Origin: Octopus sinensis
Lineage: Eukaryota
NCBI RefSeq assembly: GCF_006345805.1
Contig: NC_043020.1
Location: 26,598,001 to 26,662,000 of the forward strand
Reading direction: 5' to 3'
DNA length: 64,000 nucleotides
The position numbers were made by a program, and so were the translations under genes. This document shows positions 63,161 through 64,000 of the stretch, one piece after another. The stretch's first letter is position 1. Each line of letters begins with the position of its first letter. The notes under the pieces are model-generated. The model had not been told where the DNA came from. It saw nothing but the letters and a program-made list of their open reading frames with translations, and did no database searches.

Positions 63161-63907
63161 TGTATAAATTAATCCAAACAAGAAAGCACAAAAAACACAA
63201 CAACGTGAGGACGTGGAACAAATATAGTATTATTGGACGCTCAGGAAAGAAGAAAATATATATATATTGATTCTTCTGTGGGTGAACATGGGATCCATTG
63301 ACGACAAATGTTAACTTCATTTGATTAGGGTATTTAGAGTATCTTAGGCCCGATAAGTAGCTAGCGGATTACCCCTAGTTTGGATAAATACTACTTCTGA
63401 GGTTCTGCTAGCTATGAAACATAGTGTAGCCTGGATTTTACCTGCTCCATTCCCTAAATTTTTCAGCTTATTGAACTCTGATACAGGAAAAAATTACAAC
63501 CTTCTAAATCAATAAACCACCTTTGTTTCTCAAAGTTGTTTATTTTTATACCATTTATGGACTGCTTGAAGCTTACTATCTTCCTACACCTTGATCCTTG
63601 GATCTTACCTTTACTTCTATCTATCTGTCTGTCTGTCTGTCTCTAACGTGGGGTAATCCACTAGCTATTGTTGCTTGACAACTGGTGACATTTTTTTTTT
63701 TTGTTTTACGACCAACAAAAGAAGCTGTTAAGAATGCGAACTGACCAGATTTACAATGATAAGTTCTAGGGGTCAATGTGTCTGACGAAAAACCCTTGAA
63801 GACGATACCTCTGCATGGCTGCTGTCCAATGACTGCACAAGTAAAACGTACAATTAGCTATAGATAGCTACATAAATACGCACGCACACACACACAAGCA
63901 TGTGGAT

Positions 63908-63984
<77 letters not shown>

Positions 63985-64000
63985 AATATAGCCACAAACA

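Noticed and set aside
63270-63560. Possible coding relic on the minus strand next to the TA-inserted element
   Set aside because: All three frames are interrupted and I recognise no RT or endonuclease motif.

Overview
This is AT-rich, microsatellite-saturated eukaryotic DNA, not prokaryotic. The SINE families and the density of (TA)n, (CA)n, (CTAT)n and (CTA)n tracts match what I recall of octopod (Octopus) genomes; that assignment is inference, with no database search run. I found no host protein-coding exon, rRNA, functional tRNA or CRISPR array I can support. Nearly all ORFs in the track are read-throughs of simple repeats, so the window looks like a gene desert or a very long intron. Supportable content: (i) dozens of SINE copies from at least five families, some with clear target-site duplications; (ii) decayed LINE fragments: a Tx1/L1-type RT plus C-terminus (35.4-37.3 kb, minus), RTE pieces (17.3-17.8 kb plus; 40.7 kb and 49.5-49.9 kb minus) and an RTE-X-like 3' end (10.2-10.5 kb); (iii) DNA-transposon relics: three TTAA/piggyBac-like MITE families, two hAT MITEs and a mariner C-terminus with one TIR; (iv) tandem arrays built from SINE or MITE parts, and a 1.43-kb tandem duplication that may be an assembly artefact. 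Best leads: a tRNA-headed SINE carrying a Penelope-type minimal hammerhead ribozyme core (39.46-39.71 kb); a MITE-core-MITE cassette present twice in inverted orientation 40 kb apart (10.9-11.6 kb and 50.6-51.2 kb); a perfect 32-bp hairpin at the end of a TA-inserted element (21.24-21.31 kb); and several CpG-retaining unique islands with clustered homeodomain, Sox or POU motifs that may be enhancers. Repeat boundaries are read by eye and are approximate unless a TSD or TIR is quoted.
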